Source of the DNA: an uncultured Candidatus Poseidoniales archaeon
GTDB lineage: Archaea; Thermoplasmatota; Poseidoniia; Poseidoniales; Poseidoniaceae
Length of the DNA stretch: 64,000 nt
Reading direction: 5' to 3'
NCBI GenBank assembly: GCA_905182125.1
Contig: CAJJAV010000006.1
Location: 94,760 to 158,759 of the forward strand
Part shown: positions 28,946 to 38,702 of the stretch, one piece after another
Position numbering within the stretch: the stretch's first letter is position 1
Layout: each line of letters opens with the position of its first letter
Notes under the pieces: model-generated
The model's input: only the letters and a program-made list of their open reading frames with translations
Told to the model about the DNA's origin: nothing
Database searches by the model: none
Position numbers and translations under genes: made by a program

Positions 28946-31240
28946 TCACGCCTTGAGCAATTGAACTTCGCATTCGGCCAAACGGGCCCGGGCCACGGTA
29001 TGGTCTTGGTCGACCGTTAGCACGGCGCGCCAAGCTGCTTCCGCCTGGTCAAACCGTTCTGCTTGATGGTGGATTGCAGCGATGCGGAGGCGGGCATCGA
29101 GGTGCGAGCCGTCGCAACGAACGGCCGCTTCGAAGTCATGGAGGGCGTTTTCATTTCGCTCGATCTCGAGATAGAGGATGCCTCTTTGGTGCCATGCTGG
29201 GGCGTAATTTGGTTGCAGGCGGATGGCTTCATTGAGCGGGTTTTCGGCTCGTTCTGGTCGCTCCAATGCCATGTAGCAGGAGGCGAGTTCGGTGAGGGCT
29301 TGATAGTGATGTGGTGATGCATCGAGGACGATTTTCAAATCATCTCGGGCTTGAGACCATTCCCCCAGTTGCATCATTGCTTCTGACCTTCGCAAACGGG
29401 CGAGCATCAAGGCCGGTGCTAAATCAACAAGAATTTGTGCATCGTCCAATGCCTTCTTGTTTTGATTTAAGGCCATCAGCGTGCTGCATCGGTTCATCCG
29501 AGCCCGAATGTGGTTTGGTCCGATCTTGAGTGCGTCTGTGTAATGGCCGAGGGCTTTTTCAAACTGTCCGCGACGAAGTGCTATGTTACCGCGCACATAG
29601 GCAACAGTAACTGAGTTTCCATGAACATCGGCTGCGTCGATATGTTTGCTTGCCGTCGAAAGGTCATCCATTTCGATTGCTAAGAGAGCTGCTTCTGCGG
29701 AGGCCGATGGATCTTGCTCGGGGAGCAAACGCATGGCACGATTCATGTCTTCACTTGCGCCTTCAAGGTCCTTGAGCAATCGCTTAGTACGAGCGAGTCC
29801 GAGCCAAGCGACACCGAGTTCTCGGTCCAGTTTGAGTGCTCCTTCGAAGGACGATACGGCGTCTGCCAGAAGGATGGAATCGGTTTGTCCTGTCCCGTCT
29901 CGAGCACGATCACACAAGGCAAGATGAAGTCGTCCTTCAACCACATGCAACAAAGCGTGATCGATGCCGAATGGCGTCTCGTCGAGTAGTTTTTGAGCGG
30001 CTTCGTGATGGCCTTCGAGAAGTTTTCTGCTCGCCATGCGGGCACGGAGTTCAGCATTATCTGGACTCTTCAACAGTCCTTTTTCCAATGTTTCTTCGGC
30101 GGCAGTTATCGCACCCTCAGCGTGCTGTAAATCGCTCTTCAGGAAGAGAAGGTCTGGACCACCTGCATCGAGAGCGACGGCGTGAGTTGCGGCTTTCAGT
30201 GCCTCTTTTGCCCGGTTCCCTTGCGGGGCGAGAAGTTGAGCCGAAAGGGCCCATGCCTGTCCACTCTGGCGGTCCAATTCTAAGCAACGTTCAACCGCTT
30301 GATGGGCCTTTCCTGATTCGCCTTCTTCGTTAAGAAGATGGGCGTAACTTAGCCAATCTGCAGATTGATGTGGATCTTTGGCAAGAGCTTGTTCAATTGC
30401 CTCTAAGGCTTCAGAACGAGAGCCTGCTCGAGCGCGAAGCCCGGAAAGGAGGGACCGGTCGGCTGCGGTGTCAACACCCAATGCTTCGAGGCGGAGAACA
30501 TCCCGCTCTGCGTCTGCATCGCCGAGTTTAGCGAGAAGGTGGGCGTGTGAGCGGAGCAAGTCTGGTTGATCAGGGTGGACCGTCATGCGTGCTTCGAGCC
30601 AATGTCGCCGAACTTCATCGTCGCCCTTAAGCAAAGCAATATGTTCCAAGGCTTCGAGGATGTTTGCGTTTCCTGGTGAAGATCGATACGCTATTCCGAA
30701 ACAAGATTCGGCCCAGTCAAATCGGGCAAGCAGAAGGGACGCGTGGCCAAGTCGATGTGCAGCAACCGGGTTTAATCCAAGGCCAAGGGCTGTGATATCA
30801 CGTGAATCAAACGCCAAGAGGAGGCGCCCCAGCAAGGAAGCAGAGGTTGCAGAGAGGAGCCCTTCGTCACCAACGGTAGCTTCTGTAGAAATCGATGCCA
30901 CGAGGGTTTCGAGTGCCGCCAAGGCTTGACCGGTGATTGTGCGGTCCTCCTCAGAGGAATGCTCGAACGCTGTGATGATCTCATGGGCGAGAATTGCACC
31001 ATGCATTTCTGGGTTCGTGGCCCGAAGTGCCGCCACAAGTTCGGTCATCTGCTGAACATGTTGCTGCAGTGCGCCGACTTCGTTGTTGAGGTGGGTGAAG
31101 TGGGCGGACTGTGCTTGCTGAAGAACAACGGAGGTTTCGTTGACGTTCGTTAAGCGCTCGTCAACCTTTTTGAGCCAGAAACCTGCACCTCCACTTGCGG
31201 CTATACAAGCGAGGCCAAATGCAGCAGTTATGGGTTCCAT
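28946..31240 (-). CDS. TPR-repeat protein with N-terminal TM helix
   Basis: 764 aa. GAGGTGA lies 5 nt upstream of ATG 31240. It has many 34-aa A/L/Y-patterned repeats (for example ALGHYTDALKIGPNHIRARMNRCSTLMALNQNKKALDD). Confidence 0.85.
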   Translation of the reverse strand: MEPITAAFGLACIAASGGAGFWLKKVDERLTNVNETSVVLQQAQSAHFTHLNNEVGALQQHVQQMTELVAALRATNPEMHGAILAHEIITAFEHSSEEDRTITGQALAALETLVASISTEATVGDEGLLSATSASLLGRLLLAFDSRDITALGLGLNPVAAHRLGHASLLLARFDWAESCFGIAYRSSPGNANILEALEHIALLKGDDEVRRHWLEARMTVHPDQPDLLRSHAHLLAKLGDADAERDVLRLEALGVDTAADRSLLSGLRARAGSRSEALEAIEQALAKDPHQSADWLSYAHLLNEEGESGKAHQAVERCLELDRQSGQAWALSAQLLAPQGNRAKEALKAATHAVALDAGGPDLLFLKSDLQHAEGAITAAEETLEKGLLKSPDNAELRARMASRKLLEGHHEAAQKLLDETPFGIDHALLHVVEGRLHLALCDRARDGTGQTDSILLADAVSSFEGALKLDRELGVAWLGLARTKRLLKDLEGASEDMNRAMRLLPEQDPSASAEAALLAIEMDDLSTASKHIDAADVHGNSVTVAYVRGNIALRRGQFEKALGHYTDALKIGPNHIRARMNRCSTLMALNQNKKALDDAQILVDLAPALMLARLRRSEAMMQLGEWSQARDDLKIVLDASPHHYQALTELASCYMALERPERAENPLNEAIRLQPNYAPAWHQRGILYLEIERNENALHDFEAAVRCDGSHLDARLRIAAIHHQAERFDQAEAAWRAVLTVDQDHTVARARLAECEVQLLKA

Positions 31241-31375
31241 TACCGCTCACCTCTTCTGTGCACCTTTATGGTCTGCGGAACATCGAGGGCGCTTCAAGCG
31301 GTTTGTTTGACCCTTTTTCCAACGCCAAAGGTCCTACCCTCTGCTTGGATGTCATCTCAGAGGGAGGGGCCAGAC

Positions 31376-32308
31376 CTAGGAAGACGTTCCAAATTCTTCC
31401 GATACCTCGGTTTTTTTCGCCTGTGAGTTTTGGAAGAGACAACGGGCGACCATTAATCCTGAAACGAAGAGGGAGGCAAGCATCAACTGTCCAATCAAAT
31501 CGTAGTCAGAGTCGACAATCCCCCCATTCAACAAAAGGAAGTCCAATGAAAGAATTGCGCCTATCGCCATGAGTGGGATGGAACCATTGTTGGTGAGCGT
31601 TACTTGAGATGGAAGCGGTAATTGGGCGCTCTTGTCTGAAGTTTTGTTCATTGGGTCGTAGAAGTGAGCAAACAACACGCCCAATCCTGCACCCAACATG
31701 TCGCTTACCAGATCGGAGGCCGTGTTGACGTATCCGCCTTGGTCAATCGTTTGGAAAAAGGTCTTGCCAAAGAACTCGTACACTTCATACGCCACACCGA
31801 TGGCGACGCTAAGGGAAAAAGCGGTGAACGCTACAACTCGAGGTGAAAGTTGCCAACCGTTATGCTCTGACATTCTTCTCCAACCGAGCGACCATGCAAT
31901 GGCAATAGCTGTGCTGTTCATGCTGTGGACCAACTTGTCCCACCAAGGGTGGACATGGTACATTCCGTTCACACCATCTGCACACAACCATTCACCGGGC
32001 TGAATGCCCTCAAAGCATAATGGTCCGGGGCCGCTGTCTGCAGCACCTAATGAACCTCCGATGAAATGGAGCATTGTTGCTGAATACCCAATCCACAACG
32101 GTAGAGCAGGGATATGTGCACGCCCCTTCCACAGAATCATAAGTGCCAAAAGAGCCATCACGGCTCCTCCAAAATTATATCCTGCCCAGAGATTTAAGCC
32201 GCGACTGAGGTTCCAAACTGTGAGGATGACGCATGAGATGAGCCAAGCCATGAGGGGCGCTCTTTCGGGGATTTCAGTTTGCCAAACCCGCTTGTTCCCG
32301 CTTCCCAT
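31376..32308 (-). CDS. Polytopic membrane protein (WDKLVH motif, YjdF/VanZ-like at best)
   Basis: 310-aa ORF with about 8 hydrophobic helices. The family call is weak. Confidence 0.55.
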   Translation of the reverse strand: MGSGNKRVWQTEIPERAPLMAWLISCVILTVWNLSRGLNLWAGYNFGGAVMALLALMILWKGRAHIPALPLWIGYSATMLHFIGGSLGAADSGPGPLCFEGIQPGEWLCADGVNGMYHVHPWWDKLVHSMNSTAIAIAWSLGWRRMSEHNGWQLSPRVVAFTAFSLSVAIGVAYEVYEFFGKTFFQTIDQGGYVNTASDLVSDMLGAGLGVLFAHFYDPMNKTSDKSAQLPLPSQVTLTNNGSIPLMAIGAILSLDFLLLNGGIVDSDYDLIGQLMLASLFVSGLMVARCLFQNSQAKKTEVSEEFGTSS

Positions 32309-32471
32309 GATTTTGTCGTGGGTGGAACCTCTTATGATAATTCACCCGACAACTGATTATTGGCTGCGGCTGTGATTGAATCGTTTTAGCATCTCAGCAA
32401 AGGGTGTGCCCGAACACCATCTTCATCGGATTTTGAGATTGCAAAGGGTTAGCAGAGGGTAGCGAGCAAAC

Positions 32472-32491
32472 TGACCCACTGAAAGCCCATC
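32472..32491. repeat. Left copy of a 20-bp perfect inverted repeat (tgacccactgaaagcccatc)
   Basis: Its exact reverse complement occurs at 35354-35373. Confidence 0.9.
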
Positions 32492-32698
32492 AAACTACCA
32501 TATTCGGTTGGATGGGGTTTCGGATAACCCCTTCCAACTCATCGGGGTTGGTTAGTTGTTGCTTCCAACAAGGTGCATTCAACCGACCCTTTTTGTTCAC
32601 TCATAAGATTCGAGGGGTCATCTGCTTCAACCCTTGCTATCGCAAACAGAATTGATTGGCAGCGGCTAGAAGATTGGCAGGGTGCCGGGAAATAGTTT

Positions 32699-34243
32699 AT
32701 GCATAGGTATCCATTCTGTTGCAGCATGGTTGATACGGAAGGGGGGCAAGGCATTCGGTCTGGACCTTTGGTCGGCTCACTTATTCTTCTCCTCCTATCT
32801 TGTATTTTGATTCAATTGTCTTTGAATTCAGATTGGGCAAGTATGTCTGGCGAGGTGGAATATACGAAGGAGGACCGAGAAACTGCGGTTTTCTGGGGAT
32901 TTGATCTCCCAGATACATCCATGACTGCTTCTTTTGGACTTACAGACATGACTGTTGCGGCTTCAAATGATGGTGAGGAAATGGAAGAAACCACCAAATT
33001 GGCAGAAGTAGCCAGCGAGAGTAGAAACTCAGACTATTTAGACATGGATTGGGATGACTGGTATAGTACTGGGAAGGCGACCTCAATCGCTTTGTGGATT
33101 GGATTCATTGCAGCGATTCTCGGCTCTATCATGGTACTCATTGGTGTATCCAAAGCCAACGATACAGCACATGGGAGTGGAATAATTCTATGCGGACTTG
33201 CGGCATCACTAATCAATGTAGGATGGTTTAATTGGATCATGTTTGGTGGCAATTTTGCTGATGAAATCCCAGGAGGTGACGGATGGGCAACGGATGGATT
33301 TGGCGTCACAACTGGTTTCATCCTGTGTATTATTGCAGGGATCTTCCTGCTAATTGTACCCTTTATTCTTGCATGGAGTCAAGAGTTACCTATCAATAAA
33401 TTATTGCCCCTAAAAGGAGGTTTTGCCGAGTTGGAAATGCGACACTATCAACCATCAATGCGCTTGAATACTACAATTGTAATTATGCTTGCTTGTTTAC
33501 TTGTTTTTTCAGGTGTGGGTCAGGGAGTTGCTTCGGCATATTTCGACTCTCAGAAATCCGCAGTCAATTATGACGATGATAGTGAAACAGAGGTCTCGGT
33601 AAATTATGCGGACCTTCCTCGGATCCCATGGATATCTTTCTTGCTGGATTGGGATGTGGAAAGTGGCGTGGAAGAAGAGGAGTGGATTAGCCTCGGAGAT
33701 GGGGAAACATACGATACTTTATTCTTCGAAGATGCGGAACTGAAACCTTGGCAGTATTTCACAATAGTGTTTGAGTGTAATGATGATGGCAATGGTGAAA
33801 CAGGAGCACCGAACACACAGGAGGAAACAGACATTCTTCATTGGACAATCAGGGCTAACAATGGACAAGAATCAAGTGGAAGTTTGGATTGTAATGATGG
33901 AGAAATAGAGAGGGAAATGCCTAACGAAGGCAATGATGACTGGGGAAACTGGTTCGATGAACTTGACCTAAACCTAATTTATCACGATTATGATGATGCT
34001 GATTCTGTAATGGAAACAGCACCCTCAAACAAAAACATGTTTCCAATTACCGTGGAGTTTACAGCAGAGACTCACGGCGACACACTGGGGCAAAATCAAG
34101 ACAAGGAATTGGAATTTATGATTCATGAACAGGATAGTGAAGGTTATTGTAGTGTTTGCCAAATAACATACGATGTAAAATATAAAACAATGATGGCGCC
34201 AGAACAAAGGCAGTCACATAGACACTATAATGGCACTTCATAG
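32699..34243 (+). CDS. Hypothetical membrane protein (about 5 TM helices plus acidic C-terminal domain), low-GC
   Basis: 514-aa ORF. Sampled lines have about 35-42% GC against about 53% in the flanks. I recognise no family, and the start is uncertain (ATG 32699 or 32726). Confidence 0.6.
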   Translation: MHRYPFCCSMVDTEGGQGIRSGPLVGSLILLLLSCILIQLSLNSDWASMSGEVEYTKEDRETAVFWGFDLPDTSMTASFGLTDMTVAASNDGEEMEETTKLAEVASESRNSDYLDMDWDDWYSTGKATSIALWIGFIAAILGSIMVLIGVSKANDTAHGSGIILCGLAASLINVGWFNWIMFGGNFADEIPGGDGWATDGFGVTTGFILCIIAGIFLLIVPFILAWSQELPINKLLPLKGGFAELEMRHYQPSMRLNTTIVIMLACLLVFSGVGQGVASAYFDSQKSAVNYDDDSETEVSVNYADLPRIPWISFLLDWDVESGVEEEEWISLGDGETYDTLFFEDAELKPWQYFTIVFECNDDGNGETGAPNTQEETDILHWTIRANNGQESSGSLDCNDGEIEREMPNEGNDDWGNWFDELDLNLIYHDYDDADSVMETAPSNKNMFPITVEFTAETHGDTLGQNQDKELEFMIHEQDSEGYCSVCQITYDVKYKTMMAPEQRQSHRHYNGTS

Positions 34244-34403
34244 ATTAATTGTCAATTGAACAATGAACTTATCGATTCTCATAATTTTTGAAAACTGAAT
34301 TGACCCCTTCCAACACCCATGCAACCACAGGTGGTTGGAACGGTACCGTTCGTATACCCGTCTGTACAGTGGGGTCCCCTCTGCATCGGTTTCATTTGGA
34401 AAA

Positions 34404-35219
34404 TCATTGAGCCCAATTGTCCATGCCTTTCTTCACAACTAAGGTTCGAGCGATGAGATCTTGGTTTGTTTGCTTGTGATCAGTCCAAAGTTGTGCTAAA
34501 TATCCGAATCCAAACGTAATTATTATCAAAAAAATCAAAGCATGTCGTTTGAGTGCTTTCTTCTTTGAGATTCTGTTTCCGTCATAGTCTGTAACAACCA
34601 ACCCGAAGAGGCGTTTTCCAGGTGTTGCTTGCCATGATGAGGCATTGAAGAGAACAGGGTAAACGAGACCAACAATTACGAACAATACATCGGAAGGAAT
34701 CCCTGCGAGACTCAAGAGTATACTTGGGACACTAATCAGCAACAAGTCGATCAAAAGAGCACAGGTTCGTGGTATAAATCCTGCAAAACGTCCTCTCTCT
34801 TCTCGAGAACCTCCAACTCCATTGTACACCATTTTATTTGCATATCCGAATTCATTAACGCCAAATTGCGTCCTTTTCTTTTCTTCATTTGATTGAGTGT
34901 TGATTTCCTCCCAATCGATTTCAATATTCCCTTCTGTATAATCGACGATACAATGTTGAACGAAACCTGAAAAATTAGGCATCTCTTTGGTGACTTCATT
35001 GAGTTTTTCGTCAATAGAAATTGTTTTCTTTTTTTTGCTTTCACCATCATCATTGCCGTTCTTTGATTGAGTGTTGATTTGCTCCCAATCAATTTCGATA
35101 TTTCCTTCTGTATAAGTCATGATACAATGTTGAACGAAACCAGAAAAGTTCGGCATTTCTTTGGCTATACCATTCAGTCTTGCATCAATAGAAATCGTCT
35201 TGTTCACTTTATTGCTCAT
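34404..35219 (-). CDS. Tandem ribbon-helix-helix-like N-terminal duplication fused to an RDD-family membrane domain
   Basis: 271 aa. Two 58-aa units read KTISID[AE][RK]LN..[AT]KEMPNFSGFVQHCI..YTEGNIEIDWE[QE]INTQS, giving a beta-strand/helix/turn/helix pattern like CopG/Arc. The C-terminal half has the RDD pattern (RFAGFIPRTCALLIDLLLI...TPGKRLFGLVV...QDLIARTLVV). Confidence 0.75.
   Translation of the reverse strand: MSNKVNKTISIDARLNGIAKEMPNFSGFVQHCIMTYTEGNIEIDWEQINTQSKNGNDDGESKKKKTISIDEKLNEVTKEMPNFSGFVQHCIVDYTEGNIEIDWEEINTQSNEEKKRTQFGVNEFGYANKMVYNGVGGSREERGRFAGFIPRTCALLIDLLLISVPSILLSLAGIPSDVLFVIVGLVYPVLFNASSWQATPGKRLFGLVVTDYDGNRISKKKALKRHALIFLIIITFGFGYLAQLWTDHKQTNQDLIARTLVVKKGMDNWAQ
34891..35205. 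repeat. 174-bp tandem duplication (two copies, roughly 80-85% identical by eye) encoding the two RHH-like units
   Basis: Unit 1 starts at 34891 and unit 2 at 35065. Both begin gattgagtgttgattt[cg]ctcccaatc. Confidence 0.85.
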
Positions 35220-35353
35220 GTTTGTCCCATTAGCGAGTGATAATTAAGCGTGGTTGCGTATGTATGGAGGTATGTATTGTAATTCTATCAAATTATCGAG
35301 TTTGGATAAGCAAAGGGTGTATCCTAAACCCCACTGCATTTCTTATGCAATAC

Positions 35354-35373
35354 GATGGGCTTTCAGTGGGTCA
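35354..35373. repeat. Right copy of the 20-bp perfect inverted repeat (gatgggctttcagtgggtca)
   Basis: It is the reverse complement of 32472-32491. It also pairs with cccactgtaagccc at 35399-35412 (one mismatch) to form a local hairpin. Confidence 0.9.
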
Positions 35374-35452
35374 ATCCTAACGCTACGGTCGTAAAGAGCC
35401 CACTGTAAGCCCTTGCTATGACTGAAAGATACATTCAGCGTTAATTTGAGGT

Positions 35453-35734
35453 TCACATTGACCAAATAGTCGGTCCAGATCTTTGCTCTGGAGGAGCAGT
35501 AAAGAACTCTGCAAAGCCACCCATTATTTCTACAACCAAAGGTGCCGCTTTCATGAAACTCTCTTCGGAATCATAGACTGCCAAACCCACAGCTTCTCCT
35601 TCACCTGTTTGAATGAAGGTTACGGATTGGAGTCCAGGGAGTGCTTGCATTGCATCTCGTAGTTCATCTGCTCTTGCAACAAAAGCATCTTTTTGTTCAG
35701 GATTGATTTGTGCTATGCTCACTCTGTAGTACAT
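35453..35734 (-). CDS. Small ABM-like (antibiotic-biosynthesis-monooxygenase/ferredoxin-fold) protein
   Basis: The ORF track extends to 35914. I start at ATG 35734 because GGAGGTGGAAAT precedes the ATG. The protein is 93 aa, starts MYYRVSIAQINPEQKDAFV, contains GLQSVTFIQTGEGEAVGLAVYDSEESF, and is low-GC. Confidence 0.55.
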   Translation of the reverse strand: MYYRVSIAQINPEQKDAFVARADELRDAMQALPGLQSVTFIQTGEGEAVGLAVYDSEESFMKAAPLVVEIMGGFAEFFTAPPEQRSGPTIWSM

Positions 35735-35957
35735 ATTTCCACCTCCAACATCTGGGATATAATCTTTAGTTAAAGTTTCAATCGGTATCAAGAGTGGGTT
35801 GTGAGACAAAGGGTACCGTTTGCCAATGCGCCTTGGCAGTGGGCCCCCCTTTGCCTCTTGGAATGCGCGTTTTGGTCTCAAAACTAAACGACAATCGTTG
35901 TTATCGTTGCTCACATTGAAAGGCTCTCGCTCGTGTTGAGCGCATGAGGTGGCGAAT

Positions 35958-38702
35958 ATGGACGAACACGATTCGATGTCGAGCGACCGACCTTGGTACT
36001 ATGACCTGCTCATGGAATTGGACGCAGAGGGGTGGGTCATTGCCAATGTAGAGGACTACCTCGGGGCTGAAGAGAAGATCGGCAGTGAACGATTGCTTTA
36101 CCTTGAATACGCCCTTGAATTGTCTCGATCACTCCAAGAACGTACCGCCTACCTTGGCAAGTCTGCCGATGAGCGGGCTTTCGATTTAGTTGAGGTCTGG
36201 GCTGGAGAACTCAACGATCCAATGAACGCTGACCGGGTCCTCGATGAATACGAAAGTTGGGCGAAGGATTTCCGGCCGTGGGAGCCCGCACTCTACAGAA
36301 GCGAAGAGGACTGGCGCGATGAGGGAGAAGAGGAAGCTCATGCCAGTCTCTTGTCCCGTTTCGACAACCTTGACCCGTCCTCAAAGCCCTCCACCATTGT
36401 CATCCTCCCTCTCTTGGCCTATCCGGCTCAATCGGAGGCGATTGAACATGCTCTTCGAGCGGTTGAAGAGGGCGAAACCCGTCAACGCGCCACCATTGAC
36501 AGAGCAATCGTGATGCTTGGCAACGAGGGTTACGATGTCGCTGGAATTGAGCATATGAACATTCTTGACGGCCTTGACACCGTTGCTCGCATTCATGATT
36601 TACATGACATGCACGAAGATTTGCGTCTCCTGATCGCTGAGCAAATTGCTCCCTTCGATACCGAACTGGCCGGCCACCACGAACAACGGCGAGTCGCTCT
36701 AATCGAACAGGGCGCCAGCGCTGATATCGGGGGGTTGAGGCTTCAGATCAGTGCGATTGCTGACAACCTGCATCAACGCATGGCTATGCTCAATGACCTG
36801 TTGAACGATTGGCGGGCAAAGGGTATTCTTTTCCCCCATACTGACGGCATCAGGGCCGGTGAACTTCTCGAATGGGAAGCAAACTTGCCTGAAATAGAAG
36901 CGACATTGCAGCGGCATCATGCTGCACTTCTTCGGTGGAAGTCGGTGTCTGAGGTATGGCCTGAGGAGGCGGGGAAAGCAGCACACTGCGCGGGCCAACT
37001 CGAGCAGACTGAGGTTTTCATCGATTTTGTTGACGACTTAGATCAACGTTGGAAGCAACTTGAATTGGAGTCCATCAAACGAATCGAACACTTCGAACAT
37101 GCTGGACTGGCCATGGATACATGGCATGAACGGCTCCACTTCGACCCGAAAGCTACGCTTGATAACCTCAAACAATCCGAGGCTTTGCTCCAACAACGGG
37201 TTGACCTCTTGACTCAACTATCCGACCTCGATGCCTCGTTTGAAGGCGGCGAGGATGTTGAAAAGCGAAAGGATTTGTTACGAGAATTGGATGTCGATGG
37301 AGAAATAATTGAAGATTCCATTCGATTCATCGAGCATCATGCCCGACGTGGGGCACGTCATCGGCGAATGTTGGAGCAGGATTGGCGCGGGCTTGTGACG
37401 CAAGGAAAGGCAAGTGAATCCACTGCCACATCTTCTTTCACTCTGGCTGGGTTCGAGGCAGAAATCGCCCACATCAGAAGATTTGGTACGTCTGTTGCTT
37501 CAACCAGAACGGGTGCTTCGCTCATCGCTGGCGACGTCCAGGATCGACTCAGGTCTCGATTGGATCAAGAACTCTCGATCCTCACTGCTTCGGGCTGGTC
37601 GGTTGAAGAGTTGCGAATCCTTGCCAAGAGCGACACGATTGTCGCATCAAGGAAACTCAACGCTGCTCGACCTCACATCGAACAACATGCAACGCTTATG
37701 CGACGACTCGTTTGCCTACCATGGAATCGAGACTTGGCCCTTGCTCTCGATGTGGAAGCGTCGCTGCGCAATCCGCTCAAGATTGCCTCATTGAACGAAC
37801 GTGTGGCGGGGTATGCTCAACACCTTGCAGGGCGGGCAATCGAAGATGATGGTTTTGAAATGACGCCATGGGCTCCACGCCCGCCAAGAAAAACACTCCT
37901 CCCAATCCCCGAACATGGCGCCCTTCCCACGATGATGCCTGCAGACACACTAGAGGATGCCCATGAAGCAATTCTTGAGGCGATGGAGGGGGCATCGCCG
38001 AATTATGAATCGATTTCAAAAGGCCTGACTGCGGGATTACGCCCCGCCATTGTCCGGCCAAACGAAGCGGTGATACCACCAGTCGACCGATTGCCAAGCC
38101 CGCAGCAAAAAAGCGAAGTTTCAATCAGGAAAACACCACAGCCAGTGGTCAAGGAAACGATCGTAGCGACGCCTCATGTGAATCACCCCCCTCAAGGCAT
38201 TGAAGCAAATGTGAGCAGGGATGTGGCTTCATTCCTCAAGGCAATCGGCCTCACTCAATTGGCCAACGCAATCGATACAAACGGAATGGATGCGTTGCCG
38301 GAGGTCCGACGTGGTTTGGCACAACATGTCGGGCATGAACCGCGCGACACTCGAATCGACCGCCTTCTACGACTGAGCCTGCGCTTAATGCCTCAAGGCG
38401 ATGAAAGTGATGCATCGCGGGCGAGCATGCTCGCTGACCTTGGCAAGAACACAAAAAAAATCAAGCGATGGATGCGCTCGCGATTAGAACATCGACATAC
38501 CGGCTCAACTCAAAATTTCCTCGACGATGCTGGACGCCTCGGTGAAGCACTGCAGCGCATCCCAGGGCCGGGTTTCCCCGTTCCACTGCAATCGGATAAC
38601 AAGGAATTGCCTGATGTTTCAGACCTCACAATGCTCCGCCAAGAAGTAACGGCTTTGATTGGGCAAATGAACCCCGCCTCTGCTGGTGGAATCGCCGTTT
38701 AA
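35958..38702 (+). CDS. Large acidic, helical cytoplasmic protein of unknown function
   Basis: The ORF track starts at GTG 35949. ATG 35958 lies 5 nt after GAGGTGG. The protein is 914 aa with recurring Trp-punctuated helical segments, and I recognise no family. Confidence 0.7.
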   Translation: MDEHDSMSSDRPWYYDLLMELDAEGWVIANVEDYLGAEEKIGSERLLYLEYALELSRSLQERTAYLGKSADERAFDLVEVWAGELNDPMNADRVLDEYESWAKDFRPWEPALYRSEEDWRDEGEEEAHASLLSRFDNLDPSSKPSTIVILPLLAYPAQSEAIEHALRAVEEGETRQRATIDRAIVMLGNEGYDVAGIEHMNILDGLDTVARIHDLHDMHEDLRLLIAEQIAPFDTELAGHHEQRRVALIEQGASADIGGLRLQISAIADNLHQRMAMLNDLLNDWRAKGILFPHTDGIRAGELLEWEANLPEIEATLQRHHAALLRWKSVSEVWPEEAGKAAHCAGQLEQTEVFIDFVDDLDQRWKQLELESIKRIEHFEHAGLAMDTWHERLHFDPKATLDNLKQSEALLQQRVDLLTQLSDLDASFEGGEDVEKRKDLLRELDVDGEIIEDSIRFIEHHARRGARHRRMLEQDWRGLVTQGKASESTATSSFTLAGFEAEIAHIRRFGTSVASTRTGASLIAGDVQDRLRSRLDQELSILTASGWSVEELRILAKSDTIVASRKLNAARPHIEQHATLMRRLVCLPWNRDLALALDVEASLRNPLKIASLNERVAGYAQHLAGRAIEDDGFEMTPWAPRPPRKTLLPIPEHGALPTMMPADTLEDAHEAILEAMEGASPNYESISKGLTAGLRPAIVRPNEAVIPPVDRLPSPQQKSEVSIRKTPQPVVKETIVATPHVNHPPQGIEANVSRDVASFLKAIGLTQLANAIDTNGMDALPEVRRGLAQHVGHEPRDTRIDRLLRLSLRLMPQGDESDASRASMLADLGKNTKKIKRWMRSRLEHRHTGSTQNFLDDAGRLGEALQRIPGPGFPVPLQSDNKELPDVSDLTMLRQEVTALIGQMNPASAGGIAV

